Assembly: GCA_964247055.1 (NCBI GenBank)
Contig: OZ176057.1
Location: 682,001 to 746,000 of the forward strand
Source: Paragordius varius
Taxonomy: Eukaryota; Animalia; Nematomorpha
Length of the DNA stretch: 64,000 nt
Direction of reading: 5' to 3'
Each line of letters starts with the position of its first letter. Position 1 is the first letter of the stretch. The notes beneath the pieces are model-generated. The model was given only the letters and a program-made list of their open reading frames with translations, made no database searches and was not told where the DNA came from. Below, piece after piece: positions 13,630 through 26,660 of the stretch. Made by a program: the position numbers and the translations under genes.

Positions 13630-15059
13630 ATCGCAAATTATATTTATATTATTTCGATAGGTTTTTTCGAAGATTTTAAAAATTGATGTCCCTTTTCGCC
13701 TCTTTCTGTGATGGCGTCTTTGGGAAACACACACAGATGGGAAGTCACCATATGTAGCTTTAGATTCATGCGGCATCTTATATTTTTTGATAAAAACGAA
13801 TATAAATGTTTAAATAACATGTGTATTATAACATGCATACCCATCCTATAGAAAGGGTCGATTAACTAATTCCAGGTAATTGTTATTTTTTTATTTTCCC
13901 AAAAATTTTTTGAGAAAAAGTTCGCAATGCAACCTATGACGCTTTTTCTTTGGGTTACATATTTAATTCAAACACCACATCGTTAAAAAGACTCGTAACC
14001 CAAAATAAAATGTATAATACCTGCTGCCCTATTAAAACTGCGGCGTTTTTATAAAAAATGCCTGGCTTATTGTGGCATCATGTTCTTAAACTAATGCTAT
14101 CCGAGATACGGTGTTCGGGGTCCAAATCCAGGTTCCCCATAATATAAAAAAATAATTTTTTATGTAAGTAGTAATGTTTATACTATTAGTTTTTTCGTGT
14201 ATTGTCCACATATATGGCAAACAATATTTTTATCCATCGGGCATCCTAAATTTATAAATATATTTACTTGGGTGATAATTATATTTTTTGTACATTTGGG
14301 TATATAATAATAAATTTTTGATGAAAAAGCTGATATAGAGTATATTTAAGTGTAGGAAATATTTAAAAATATTATATGAAATAAAGAACATATTAGATGC
14401 AGCTGAGTAAAATTTAGCTTTTTTTAGATAAAAAAAAAGCAAAAAGATGTAAAAATTAAATTTATTTTTTAAAACAAAAGTCCACAAAGCTATTACACAA
14501 TGATATTTATAATTAAACAAACATTATTAACATTCAAGAACATAAAATAAAATGTGTTTTTATTTAATAAGATGATGAAAAATATTTGTGTCAAAAAAAT
14601 ATTAATTTCCCCCGCTTTTGAGGGTTTTTTCCCCCTGGAACAAAATGTATTGAATATTTGGTGGTCTATAATAAAATTTTAATTATAAGCCACATATTAT
14701 TTGTTGACCTAACGAAAAATATTTACAAACGAGAAATATTGTATATGTCTAAATATGGAAAAAGTCCCATATCTCGTAAACGACCTGCGTAAGTAAAATT
14801 TTTTTCACAAATCTGATCACAATACCATAAGGAATCAGAAAATATTAAATTTAAATCCACAAAATTGACCCCAAATTTTGTTGCACAGTGTTAATTTTAG
14901 CTCTCACCAAAATTTTTTTATTAAAATGTGTGCGAATTTCGTCATTTTCACATATGAGCAGTCACCACAAATATGTAAATAACTTTCTTCTCTCACTCAG
15001 GGCTAAAACTAGAAGCACCATAATAATTCTGATGTTAAATAAATGCAAGGTGTAACATT

Positions 15060-16149
15060 ATCTGTATTGGAAAATATACGAAAAATACCCAGATAATTAT
15101 TTTGTTACAGACACTTTGTTATCTGAAATTTAACAATAACCCACACATCTGATATCATTAATTAATCATTTCAAATTTCTTGCCTGATAAATAATATTCG
15201 CGGCACATATTACTTACAGCATCATGAGATAAATGCTGTTAAAAATAATCGTTTCCTGGTACAAACATATGGTCAACCTTCTCTATCGATTATAACTTGC
15301 TCGGCATGGTATCGAAAATATTAATTGTGATTTGAATGTGAAGCGGGTGCTTGCTGAATCAAACAGCTAGAAAGACAGCGCAAGAGTTTTTGGATGATGT
15401 CAGAAACGAAACTAATAACAATTGGTCAAAGCATTACATAAAAAGAATAAATAAATCTATGTACAATAGGAGAAAAAATAAACAAAATAATACGAATGAA
15501 CGTCAAATCGGAAGAGTGACTAGTAAAGCCATTCTTCACCTCACGAAAAAAAAATTATTTTAGCATCGAATTGGGACAGTTTATGTATGCCTCACAAATC
15601 CTACCAGAACAAATAGATTATTTTTTCATGCCGGTCTACATCCTGGTCAGTATGACCATTATATGTTTGTTGGAATCAAAATTTCTAAACCGGCTATAAA
15701 CACTAAATAAAACGCTATTGCCAAAAACTGTTTTTCGGCCATGAATAAATTAAAAAACACACTCAGGCCACAAAACAAGTCAAATAATATCCTAAGCTCT
15801 CAACCTTAAAACCAGGGAAAGAAATAGATTGATTCAATAGGCCGTTGAACTCTCCGGACCATGCCCACTGATACATCTACGCATCAATGTAACAGACCGC
15901 AAAATGGCACGTAACTAATTTTGAAGACGTTGATTAGCTAAACACATGGTTTTCCGCAAAAGACAATCAGTTTTTCTAGCATATTCAATTATCTAAGAGA
16001 TCAGTAAAAATAAAATAATAATTTAATGAATTTGTTTAAATTCCATTTATTTTTTATGTTGCAGATAATTTTGTGATTAAATTTGGTTTTTTTCAATTTT
16101 TTTCACGGGGTGCCCAGAAAGTCGTGGCGGCGACTTCTGGACACCCCTG
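15060..16149 (+). mobile_element. hAT (Charlie/Buster-like) DNA transposon remnant, 3' end with TIR
   Basis: Ends in ..TTCTGGACACCCCTG (CAGGGGTGTCC TIR). CFSAMNKLKNTLR at ~15728-15770 resembles the hAT dimerisation motif (E..FS.M..IK...R). Confidence 0.6.
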
Positions 16150-16454
16150 ATATGAAGTATAGAGCGCTATCGATCCTCATTTGATGCTTTCATTGAATTG
16201 CATATGTCCAGTATTTATTCAATTTATTCGCGGGGCCAAAAACTCGTGGCGGCGAGTTCTGAACCCCCCGGAATTGGACCAATGTTTTGGGTTTTTCTTT
16301 TCATATCATAATAAACAAATATAATGATTGAAGTTGCTTATATCCTAATAAACCGGAAGGAAAAATGATGTGTTAATATTATCCATTTGGGTTTTTTCTT
16401 CTTATTGTAAACTTTATTATCATGTTTCATGGTTTGAGTCTTTTTTTGAAAACA

Positions 16455-16691
16455 TCATAAATGATAAGTTCTCATGCGCATGGAGATGTTGGCATATCTT
16501 TGGTACCATAACAAATGATGATGTTTATGTATTTTAGAAAGTATTAACGATAATGCTAGATTGTCATTACGAAGTTTGATATAATACATTTTTTGAAGAA
16601 TGTTGAATATTTGTTTTATTAAGGATGCAATAGAAATTATTGTTAATATTTGTTTTTGATTTTGTGATATAAAATAGTTTATTTTATCCAT
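16455..16691 (-). other. Candidate 78-aa small ORF, copy A
   Basis: Same length as, and colinear with, ORF 22073-22309; no recognisable domain. Confidence 0.3.
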
Positions 16692-17139
16692 TTTTCAAAT
16701 CAAACAAAATTATAAATAAACTAACAATCACTTTTGATAACTAAGTATATAGACGGAGCACGTCATAAATATGCATCATTTAGTATAGTGAGGAAATACA
16801 ACATTACCTGTATAAACAAAAATTCCATATAAAATTAAAAACTTTAAAGCAGTTGATTACATTTTGGGGTAGTCTAAACCTTTGTGAAACTTTATCTATA
16901 ATTGGCAGTTAGATATTGCTGTATGAATCGATAAAACTGTCAATAAAAATATAGCATAGTTAAAACAATAACTTAATAGTTTTTGTAGCAATGTTTGATT
17001 TTTAATTTTACAAAATCAGCTGTATGTTGTAACTAAGTTTTAGTTGGCAATTTTTATACATCCCTCTGAATGGTAAGAAAAAACATCTTATGGTTTTGAT
17101 ATGATACTAAGACAATCCTACCCTTACAGATTAAAACAC

Positions 17140-17386
17140 AATAATTTTTGCGGGCCGCACTTATAAAATATAAGGGCATATTCAATATTCAAAAAAGACT
17201 GAAATATCTAACGATTCTTTCTAGTTTATTGCCAAAATTTAGAAAAAAACTCCTCAGATTCGTTTAGCTGTAAATAATAATTTTTAATTATTAAATTTTT
17301 ATTTGGTATTGGTGAAATAACTCGCGGGCTACAAAATATTTCATATGGCCGCGTTCGGCGCGAGAGCGTCGTATTAGACACCCCTG
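17140..17386. mobile_element. Isolated hAT-type MITE end
   Basis: GCGGGC..GGCCGCG..ATTAGACACCCCTG. Similar solo ends at 18815-18883, 46520-46598 and 62265-62302. Confidence 0.5.
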
Positions 17387-17799
17387 GTTTAGATTATTAT
17401 GGTATCCAACTTTACTTTTATTTTATATTAAATGTCATAACATTCTCGTACCGTTAAGACGGGGCATTACGGTTAAATAAATATTTACATATTTTGCTAA
17501 AAAGATCTAACATCAATGCTATTTGAAAATGAATCATCCATCGTATGCCGGTTTAGAACGTGAATAATGTGAAATAAAAAATATCAACATATCATCCATC
17601 TCCTTACGGTTTAAAACAAGGGCCCCACAAAGATACCATTTTAGTAATACACATCGTCACATTACTATAAGGCATATAGGCGTTTCAAACATTTTTTCCA
17701 GTTAAATGGATAATACAATCCCTTTATTGTTAGAATAGAGGTAATTTCCTCTTTCTAATCCATTTGTATAGAAATGGATAATCTCATGCATGAATTAAC

Positions 17800-18690
17800 C
17801 TTTTTTTAAGGCCGACAACTATCGTTTTCATCATGCTAAAAATTGTAGGAAGTACGCTTCAACAAATTTTTGCTAAGAAATGATTTTTTTTAAAAGCTTC
17901 AAAAATATTTTTTTATGTCCACATTTAGCATATTGCGAAATTCCAGCAATTTTGTGTTTATAAATAACGTAGCCCGTTTTAGAAGAGCAAAAAAATTTGG
18001 AACTATCAGAATATAATTATTTCATTAGGAGGCCTCAAATTAACGGCTAATAAAAAACGCCTGATTTTTTTACCTAGTTATGGATAATACTTCGAGCTTT
18101 AAATGAGCTCATATGGCTTCAATAATTTTCCGTAAATAAGCTCCAAAACAACGCAATTTCTATATAGCGGCGCAGTTTTAGCGGCTATCTGTTTACCCAG
18201 CAGCCAATAATAAAAAAACGCAAGACTAAAATTTTTGCCTTTTAAGATAAAATAACTTTAATCCCCAGTAAATTTTAACGGTCTGATATAAGAAAATTAG
18301 TTTTTTTGAAAAAAATACGATTTTACGGGGGGAACGGGTAAAAAGAAAGCCTAAATTAAAAAAGTAAGCCGATTACGTTCGGCGCAATCGAAAAAAAGTA
18401 AAAATGATCATATTTGAAATCGAAAGGTACAACAGGTTTTCCGGAAAATTGTCTCAAAGACACGATTTTTATGGACTTCTGTTTTCAAAAAAACCGTTTT
18501 TACACGGGTTGAGCCTGAACTGGGAGCGTAATTCAAAAAAAGGGAGCTATTGTCGGGGAATTCATTAATGATAATATTTTTTTTTACATTTGGATTTGAA
18601 TGGGTCTACTGGTTTTCCGGGAACAGACAACAAAGCCAGCATTTTCAATTTTTTTAAATATAAGGATTATAATGATCTGAATAGAAATGC
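17800..18690 (+). repeat. Unclassified interspersed repeat family 7
   Basis: Reverse complement of ~62990-64000; internal repeated subunits (TTTGAA..G(G/T)AC.AC.GGTTTTCCGG). Confidence 0.7.
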
Positions 18691-18923
18691 TGATATAAAC
18701 AGTCCTTTCGAACCAGAAGATTTTATGATATATTTATCCACGATGATTGTTATTTTTCTTTATAACGATAATTTTACAAGTTAAAAATCATTTTTTGTTA
18801 GTTTGTATTTTTATCACTTACGACCCCATAATTTTGCTACGCGACCTCAAATGGGGTCGCGACCCATAGTTTAAGAAGCCCTGGTTTAAATAATAGTACA
18901 TATCCGCACTTTATGGTTTAAAT

Positions 18924-19480
18924 CAGGGGTGTCCGAAATTCGCCGCCACGACTTTTACCCGCGAAAAATTTGAAAAAATCTAAATCCAACCAAATGTATT
19001 AACCACATAAAAAATAAATACTTTAAAACAATTTTTTTTTCTATAATATTATTTTTATATTTTTATTTATTAGTTTATATATGAGTAGGGTATTTGCGGA
19101 AAACAGATTAATTAATTCAACGTCTTCGAAGAAGTGCCGCTCAGCGAATAAGTGTTTAATTAAGGCTTAGATGTATCCAGATGGTGCCAGGTCAGAAAAG
19201 AATTTAGCAGCCCGATCCAATTTTAGGGTGTCTCTCATTGGTTTTACTGTTTGAGAGTTAGCATTGTCATGTATCAATATCAATTTGCCTTTTCTTCTGG
19301 CTCATTCCGGTTGTCTCTAATTAATTCATGGTTGAAACAAATTATTTTTTAGCAATAATGTTGTGTGATCAGGGCACACTAGGCATTTTGTTTGGTCTCA
19401 CCAGACATACAGCATGATCTCATTGTCCAGCTAATGTACAATAGACCGTCATGAAATTGGTAAAATCCACAATTACCTGT
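18924..19480 (-). mobile_element. hAT remnant (duplicate of the same insertion end)
   Basis: CAGGGGTGTCCGAAATTCGCCGCCACG TIR at 18924; interior similar to 22600-23100. Confidence 0.55.
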
Positions 19481-19568
19481 AAGATATATACCGGCACTTT
19501 GCATAACCCCTAGTTCAATGAAAAAATGGCAGTTAAAAATAGTCAAAATTTGTTGTTTAGAGTAATTA

Positions 19569-20215
19569 ATGTTATTAATATATGGAACATATAGAATACA
19601 TAATTCTAAATTAGTTGATACAAAATTGTCATCAAAATCTTTAAAATTTTTGAGATTCGGGAAAGGAGGTAATAATGTGTATTTTACAAAACTTTAATAA
19701 TTTATAATTACGAATTTTAAGGGTTTGTTAATTTAAAACTTTAATCTTCATTAAATAAATATGTCAAATTCAATTTTTAATCTGAAAAAGGGGAATATTT
19801 TATGGGTGCGAAAGTGTGGATTAGTTGGAAGTGGATGTGGTTTAATGATAGAAAAAGCGAGTTGGTAGATATATTTTTGAATTATTGCGAGCTATTTGCG
19901 TGTGCTAAAAATTTGACCAAAAAGACGAAAAAATGTTCTTTGAAAATGTAATCAATGTACCAGACCCTTCTGTGTACTATGAAATAGGGTATCCTATGGC
20001 AAAAGTGTTTGTATATCCCGTTAAACATTTTGTGGCTTTAAATTGTTTAATGCCAACAATACGGGAAGAGGAAACTTTTGATTCAAATTAATAAATTGAC
20101 AATTCGTATTTCATATTTTTGAGGCTTAAATAATTTTCATTTTCTTTTACATTAACAGGTGAGAAAAGCAAAGGATAAATCAATGAAAAAATGGATACGA
20201 AAATTCAAAATTTAA
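19569..20215 (+). pseudogene. Copy 1 of an unidentified 3-exon gene family (frameshifted)
   Basis: Exon A 19569-19668 (MLLIYGTYRIHNSKLVDTKLSSKSLKFLRFGKG|G, donor GTAATA); exon B from 19791 (phase-compatible GG GAA TAT); 1-nt deletion near 19918; exon B donor lost; exon C 20159-20215 (VRKAKDKSMKKWIRKFKI*). Confidence 0.6.
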
Positions 20216-20527
20216 GTATTTAATTTGCAGTGTGATCTGATGAATCATAAATATTCAATAAATTATATATTCCAAATTGTTTTCTTTTTTACTGTAAACC
20301 AATAATACATTATAAGTTGTTTTGCAATTGGATTGAATTTAAGATAATTATAATAAAAGGCTTCACATAAGCTAGACTCAAACGCATATTTTTGTTTATT
20401 TAACCGCTAGTCGCTATCTTATGTGGCTCTAAAAAGAATCTTTTTTGGGTCATGATTACCCCTTCTCAAGGAGAGAGTATATATATACATAAATTAATAT
20501 AAATACCCTTAAAAAGGTTGATTTTAA

Positions 20528-21740
20528 AAGTTGAAGACAAAAAATTATGCACATACCTCCTTAAACATATTGCCTTTATGGAAACTTTGGTGTACAACGG
20601 AAAGGCAAAGGGGTTAGTTATATGTTCGGGTAAGAGAACAGAGTTTGTAATATTCAAACAAGTGAAAGTTGAATAAGCACCCAAAATACCTTTACATCTA
20701 TGATCCATTAGGGAAGAAACTTAGTTTTTATAGTCTTTGCATAATGGCGCTCATTATACACATGAGATATTTGAGAGGACGTCCATTGCTTGAAATGTTT
20801 ACCATTGGTGTTAGTTTAGCGGTAGATTCTATTCCTCAGGGACTTCCCATCGTTATAACAGTAATTTGCGCCGGTGTTATCCGTATGTCTAAAAAAGAGT
20901 CCTTATCAAAAAACTACCGACGGTTGAAACTCTAGATCGAGTTAATGTTTTGTGTTCGGATATACTAGAACATTAACTGCTAATCGAATGACAGTAACAG
21001 ATATATAAACACCTGATAATGGTTACTATATAATTGACAGTAAAATAGGAAAGGTATTATCCATGAACCAAATTTCTTTTTCCAAGTTTGAAAACCAATC
21101 ACCCAATATTATCAGTATGTGTGATCTAATGTAATACATTTGCTATCAGTTGGTGGACTCTGTACTGAATCAAATTTTTCCACAAATCAATCGCCCAATA
21201 ATGGTAGCGACAATAATACGAGCAGTCATATATTCCCTATTGAATCCGCTTTACTAGTACTTTTCTTAATGAAATTGATTATGGCAGGTTGAAATGTTTT
21301 CAATGTGATGTCCAAAGAGTTAAGAAAACTCCATTTTTATTTGAGAGGAAATTGTATGCAAGTTGTGGGTTCGATCAAATCAAAATGCTACCATATTGGT
21401 CGCGCTAAAAGGTGCGCCCGAAGTTGTAATGAACAGCGCAATACATACTATTCTCTCACCAACGATTATAGGCAAAAGCAATTATTGAAAGCTTCTTACA
21501 CCTACTGTTTCAAATGTTGCCTTATCGATTGGAGAAAAAGAACGAGAAAAATTGTTATATAATGCGATCCGTGTCTGAAGTGGATTACGGGTTTTGGGCC
21601 GTTGCTTTTTCAGCACATCGGTTAACTAAACCCATTTTTGGACAAAAATGGCCCAAGAATCCCAGGAATAAGGACAGTTAACATTTTTAGGATTTGTTGG
21701 TAGGGATCCTGTTAAATCAAATATTTCTGGTGTTATTTGT
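20528..21740 (+). pseudogene. ATP2C1: Intronless, decayed fragment of a secretory-pathway Ca2+/Mn2+ P-type ATPase (SPCA/ATP2C1-like)
   Basis: Across frameshifts and stops: HIAFMETLVYNGKAKGLVI..EF..PK.PL..LGKKLSFYSLCI..LLEMFTIGVSLAV..IPQGLPIVITV..GVIRMSKK..KKLPTVETL..VLCSD..TLT.NRMTVT..PIESALL..KGAPE..GLRVL..FLGFVG.DP. This is the SPCA M3-M4/P/N-domain order. The DKTGT motif is broken and no introns are seen over ~1.2 kb. Confidence 0.87.
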
Positions 21741-22072
21741 TATGGTAAAGATTTGCTTACATCTCTATGCGCATGAGCCATCATTTATGATGTTAAAACA
21801 GCAAAACATGAATGAAAAATTTAAAAACAGTTTTAGCGATTCTTATATAGCAATATATAAATGCCAATTTGAGATAAAGTTAAAACTCCGGTTAAGACTA
21901 CCCCAAAACGTAATCAACTGCTTTAAATATTTTAATTTTATATCGAATCTTCGTTTATAGGTAATGTTGTGTTTCCACACTATAATAAATGATGCATATT
22001 TATGACGTGCTCCTTCTATATACTTAGTTATCAAAAGTGATTGTTAGTTAGATTATTTTGTTGATTTGAAAA

Positions 22073-22309
22073 ATGGATAAAATAAACTATTTCATTTCAC
22101 AAAATCAAAGAGAAATATTAGCAGTCATATCTATCGCTTCTTTAATAAAACAAATATTAAACATTCTTCGAAAAATGTATTATATCAAACTTCGTAATGA
22201 CAATCTAGCATTATCGATAAAACTTTCTAATATACATAAACATCATCATTTTTTATGGTACCAAAGATATGCCAACATCTCCTCGCGCATGAGAAGTTCT
22301 CATTTATGA
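22073..22309 (+). other. Candidate 78-aa small ORF, copy B
   Basis: AAAATGG start context; hydrophobic stretch ILAVISIASLIKQILNIL; no indel or stop relative to copy A despite about 20 substitutions. Confidence 0.3.
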
Positions 22310-22599
22310 TGTAAGAACGACTCTAAACATGAAACTTACAATTAGAGGAAAAAACCCAAATTGATAATATTAACACATCCTTTTTCCTTCCGGTTTATTA
22401 AGATATAAGCAACTTCAATCATTATATTGGTTTAATATGATATGAAAAGAAAAACTCAAAACATTGGTCCGATTCCGGGGGGTTCAGAACTCGCCGCCAC
22501 GAGTTTTAGGGCCCCCCGCGAATAATTTGAATAAATACTGGACATATGTAATTCAATTAAAGCATTAAATGAGGATCCATCGCGCTTTATACTTCATAT

Positions 22600-23680
22600 C
22601 AGGGGTGTCCAGAAGTCGCCGCCACGACTTTTTGGGCACCCCGTGAAAAAATTGAAAAAGAAACAAATTTAATCACAATATTATCTGCAACATATAATAT
22701 ATGTAAAAAATAAATAGAAAATAAACCAATTCATTGAATTATTTTTTAATTTATTCTGATCTTTTAGATAATTAAATATGCTAGAAAAACTGATTGTCTT
22801 TTTGCGGAAAACCATGTGTTTAGCTATTCAACGTCTTCAAAATTAGTTAATTGCCATTTTGCGAGGGTCAGTTACATTGATGCGTAGATGCATCAGTTAG
22901 CATGATCCGGATAGTTCAACTGCCTATTGAACCAATCTATTTTATCTTTCCCTGGTTTTACGGTTGAGAGCTTATAAAATCGCTTTGACTTGCTTTGTGG
23001 CCTACATGTGTTTTTTATTGATGGCCGAAAATCGGTTTTTGGCATTGAGTTTGTATTTAGGGTTTATAGCGAGTTTCAAATAGCATCGTCATTGACTAGG
23101 ATGTAGACCGGCATGAAAAAATAATTATTTCTTCTGGTAGGATTTGTAAGGAACACATAAACTGTCCCAATTCGATGCTAAAATATTTTTTTTTGTGAGG
23201 TGAAGAATGACTTCAGACGTTCATATTATTTTGGAAATTATCGAATTTATTGGTTTTTCCCATATCTTTTTAGTCATTTTAAAACATGTAATACTTCTTG
23301 CAATTGTTATATTAAATTTGTGTTAGGACATCATCCAATAACTCTTGTGTTTGATCGTCTTTGCAGCTGTTTGATTCAGCAAGCGCCCTCTCATATTTAA
23401 ATCAAAACTATGATCGAGATCATGATTAGCAAGTTAATCGAAACATGTTTACCATATCTTTTTACCATCAAACGATTATTTTTAACAGCTTTTATCTCAT
23501 GATGGAATAAGTAATGTGTGCCGCGAATTTTATCAGGCACAAAATTTGAAATGATTAATGAATGATAAACATTAACGTAGAGGGATGAGTATGTGTGGTT
23601 TCTTACTTAATGTCGGATAATAAACTGTATTTAACAAAATAATCAGCGTATTTTTCGTATACTTTTGTCAAATACGGAAA
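22600..23680 (-). mobile_element. hAT remnant (inverted duplicate of 15060-16149)
   Basis: CAGGGGTGTCCAGAAGTCGCCGCCACG TIR; colinear reverse complement of 15060-16149. Confidence 0.6.
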
Positions 23681-24129
23681 AAAAATCCGTATCAAACTAG
23701 GTATTAATTTGTCAACTTTAACCACATAGATAAAAAGAAATTAAAAAATGTAAAAAAGGAAGTTTTAATCACAGCGATAATACCAACATTAGATTGGAGA
23801 ATCCATGAACAGAAACACATTTTTTTATATTTTTTTTTATTCGGGTCTTTTAAAACTAGCCCATCGGAATTTCAAAAAACCTGGGCAACCTTGGGAGAAC
23901 ATCAAAACTAAAAAACGCAATTTTCAAAAGATTTTATTCACCAAAGCATCCATCGATCCAGTGACAATCCTTAAGTATTTAAAATAATATTGGTTAAAAA
24001 TCTGTAATTAAACACATTTTTATATTCGCTAACATTTTGGTTTTATCTGACAAAATTTATACTCAGCCGCAAAAAATACCGTTAATTACGTATAAGATTA
24101 TAAACATGTGTATAATATACTGTATATAA

Positions 24130-24570
24130 GTATTTAAAATATAGAACACTTAATTCTTAATTTATTTAGCCAAGTATTACCCAAAAATCATTCAAATATT
24201 TGAGATTCGGGAAAGGAGGTACGAATCTTTTCATTTGTATATTATGATTAATCTTTGAAAGATTTATCTTCAACTGTTTAGAGTTATTCATTAAAACTTA
24301 GAGTTATATAAAATATTTTTCCTAATTTCTAAATAATCATTTATATCTAAAACTGTGTTGACAGATTCGTTTTTCAATTATTGTAGACTATTTGTACAAA
24401 AGAAGTATGTGAGAAAAAGAATGTTCTTTAAAATTTGATCAGTGTGCCATATTTTTGTTAATTGAAATAAGCCATTCAATGAAAGTGGATATTTATCTTC
24501 AGTAAAACATTTTTTGGCTAAGTTTAATGACGACAATACAGGAGGATGAAAGTTTAATCAAATGTAAAAT
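24130..24570 (+). pseudogene. Copy 2 (strongly diverged) of the 3-exon family
   Basis: TTGAGATTCGGGAAAGGAG|GT retained at 24200-24220; 24400-24570 aligns loosely with the 3' half of exon B. Confidence 0.5.
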
Positions 24571-25678
24571 AAAATGTTTACCATATTTTATCTGTTACCC
24601 GAAATAATTATCATATATTTATGGGTAACGGGTAACAAAGTGTTTTGATTTCCATATAGGTAATATTTAAATTTTATCTTATTGAATCTATGATCATAAT
24701 CAAAACAGGGTAACCTTTTAACTTTTGAATTATTATATCTTCTAGTCATAAATAAAAATTGTGTTGCGCCTGGCTATGGATCCATATCTTTTGTACCAGA
24801 CTAAAGGTTGAGATTGAGCTCTTGATTTTAAAGCTAAAATTGGATTATCTTTATTTATTTTGACATAAATCATTTTTCTTAGAATAGAGAATATTTCTTT
24901 TATGAGTAAAATTTTTTATTTAGATGAATACTAATTTGTTTTATCCATGTTTTAAAATTCGATTGTAAATAAAAACGATTTGCGTGTACTACGAACTCTA
25001 TCAAAATGGCGATAAAATGTACTTTGATATACTAATCAGACTCTTTTTAATCTATCAAAAAAGCTATCCATTGACAAATATATTGAATAAAACATTTTCT
25101 GCATATCTGTTTAATGCCGACAAACAAGAAGATGAAAGAATTGATCAAATTTAATATATACTGGATAATAGCTTTTTTTCATCAGTTACATCTATTTTTG
25201 GGATATATAGATTGAAAAATATAATTTTTCCATATAGAAATAGAAAATTTTCTACAAACTCAAACCTCCAAAAATGTTTGTTTATTCACAATTGTTTTAT
25301 TTATAAATATGGGTAACACAAATTATTCAATATTAAAAAATCAGAAAGAAACTTTAAGGATATCCTCTATTGTCCTTATTGAAGAAATAATCTCTTTAAG
25401 AAAATGATTTATGTTAAAATAAATAGGGAATATACAATTTTAGCTTTAAAATCAAGAGCTCTATCTCAAACCTTAGTCTACTACAATAGATGTAGATCCC
25501 AGGCGTATCGTATCCTATATATCATATTAAAGAAAAACTCAAAACATTGGTTTGATTCCGGGGGGTTCAGAACTCGCCACCATCAGTTTTTGGGCCCCCC
25601 GCGAATAATTTCAACAATACTATACATATGCAATTTAAAGCATGAAAATGAGTATCAATCGCGCTTTATACTTTAAAT

Positions 25679-26660
25679 CAGGGGTGTCAAGAAGTCGCCG
25701 CCACGACTTTCTGGTTATCCCTTGTAAAAAATGAAAAAATAAACCAAATATAATCACCAAATTATTCGCAACAAATTATATATGTAAAAAGAATTTAAAC
25801 CAAATCATTAAATTATTTGATTTTCTCTGATCTCACAGATAAATGAATATGCTAGGAAAATTGATTGTCTTTTGCGGAAACCCATTTGTTCCATTTAACG
25901 TCTTTTAAATTATTTGAGCTCTGCTCTGCGAGTGTTTTCATTGATGCGTGAGGTCAGGAAAATGCGACACATCCAACCAATTTAGGATATCTTTCACTTG
26001 TTTAACTGTTGGCTTAGGTACAACATCGCTTTGCGTTCTCTTCTGGCCCATTCCGTTTTTTATTAAATTGATGGTCGAAAACTATCAGTGTTGAACAGCA
26101 TTTGTAGTTAAGCTTTCGATTTTAAAGTTAGGTTTCATCAGACATAAAAAATGGTTTTGCCCAGATGTTATAGACCAGCTTTTTTTGGTAAGTTAGTGCT
26201 ATAATTTCTTCTTTTGAGGTTTAAGTAAAATTTTAATAGTCACTTTCTAGTTTCGGGTTGGAAGTTAGAGAGTTTATTGGTTTTTCCCATTTTCATAGAT
26301 TATAAATTGTTTGTGATGCATGTATTCTACCAATGCTATCAAGGTTGAGTTGGGACATCACCCAGTAACTCTTGCACTTAATCGACTTCGCAGCGGTTCG
26401 ATATAGTTAAGTTTAAACTTCACATTTTTAAACTTTTGTTTCATTCAATATATGTTGGTTATATGATTCTGCCAACAAATGTTGATTTTAACAGCCTTCT
26501 TCTTATGAAGTAATAAGTAAGTCCTTCTTTTTCAAGCACTAATATAACATATAGAATGATAAAAATAGACGCGAGCATTTAGCGAGAATATGTGTGGTTT
26601 GTTTTTAGATATCAGAAAAGTCTGATCAAAATAATCATCTGGATACTTTTCGTTGACTCC
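25679..26660 (-). mobile_element. hAT remnant (more diverged duplicate)
   Basis: CAGGGGTGTCAAGAAGTCGCCGCCACG TIR; interior aligns with 22600-23650. Confidence 0.55.

Larger units (their letters stand above)
11441..14894. mobile_element. Inverted pair of ~650-bp arms (CACTGTG...CACAGTG-TTAA) enclosing the RTE fragment: a long-TIR element or two inverted copies
   Basis: 11441-~12090 is the reverse complement of ~14232-14890. Confidence 0.65.
15060..23680. repeat. Inverted segmental duplication, arms ~15060-16945 and ~21825-23680
   Basis: Colinear reverse-complement match including the hAT end, double TIR motif and 78-aa ORF; ~4.9-kb spacer. Confidence 0.85.

Noticed and set aside
14060-14140. 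tRNA or tRNA-derived SINE-like segment (A-box-like TGGCTTATTGTGG, B-box-like GGGTCCAAATCC)
   Set aside because: I could not fold a cloverleaf, the boxes are imperfect and there is no second copy in the window; tRNAscan-SE would settle it.
18590-18784. ORF pair 18590-18784 / 62940-63167 sharing DL.GSTGFP.TD.KA
   Set aside because: Both lie in copies of repeat family 7 and diverge in frame outside the shared repeat, so the similarity is nucleotide-level.
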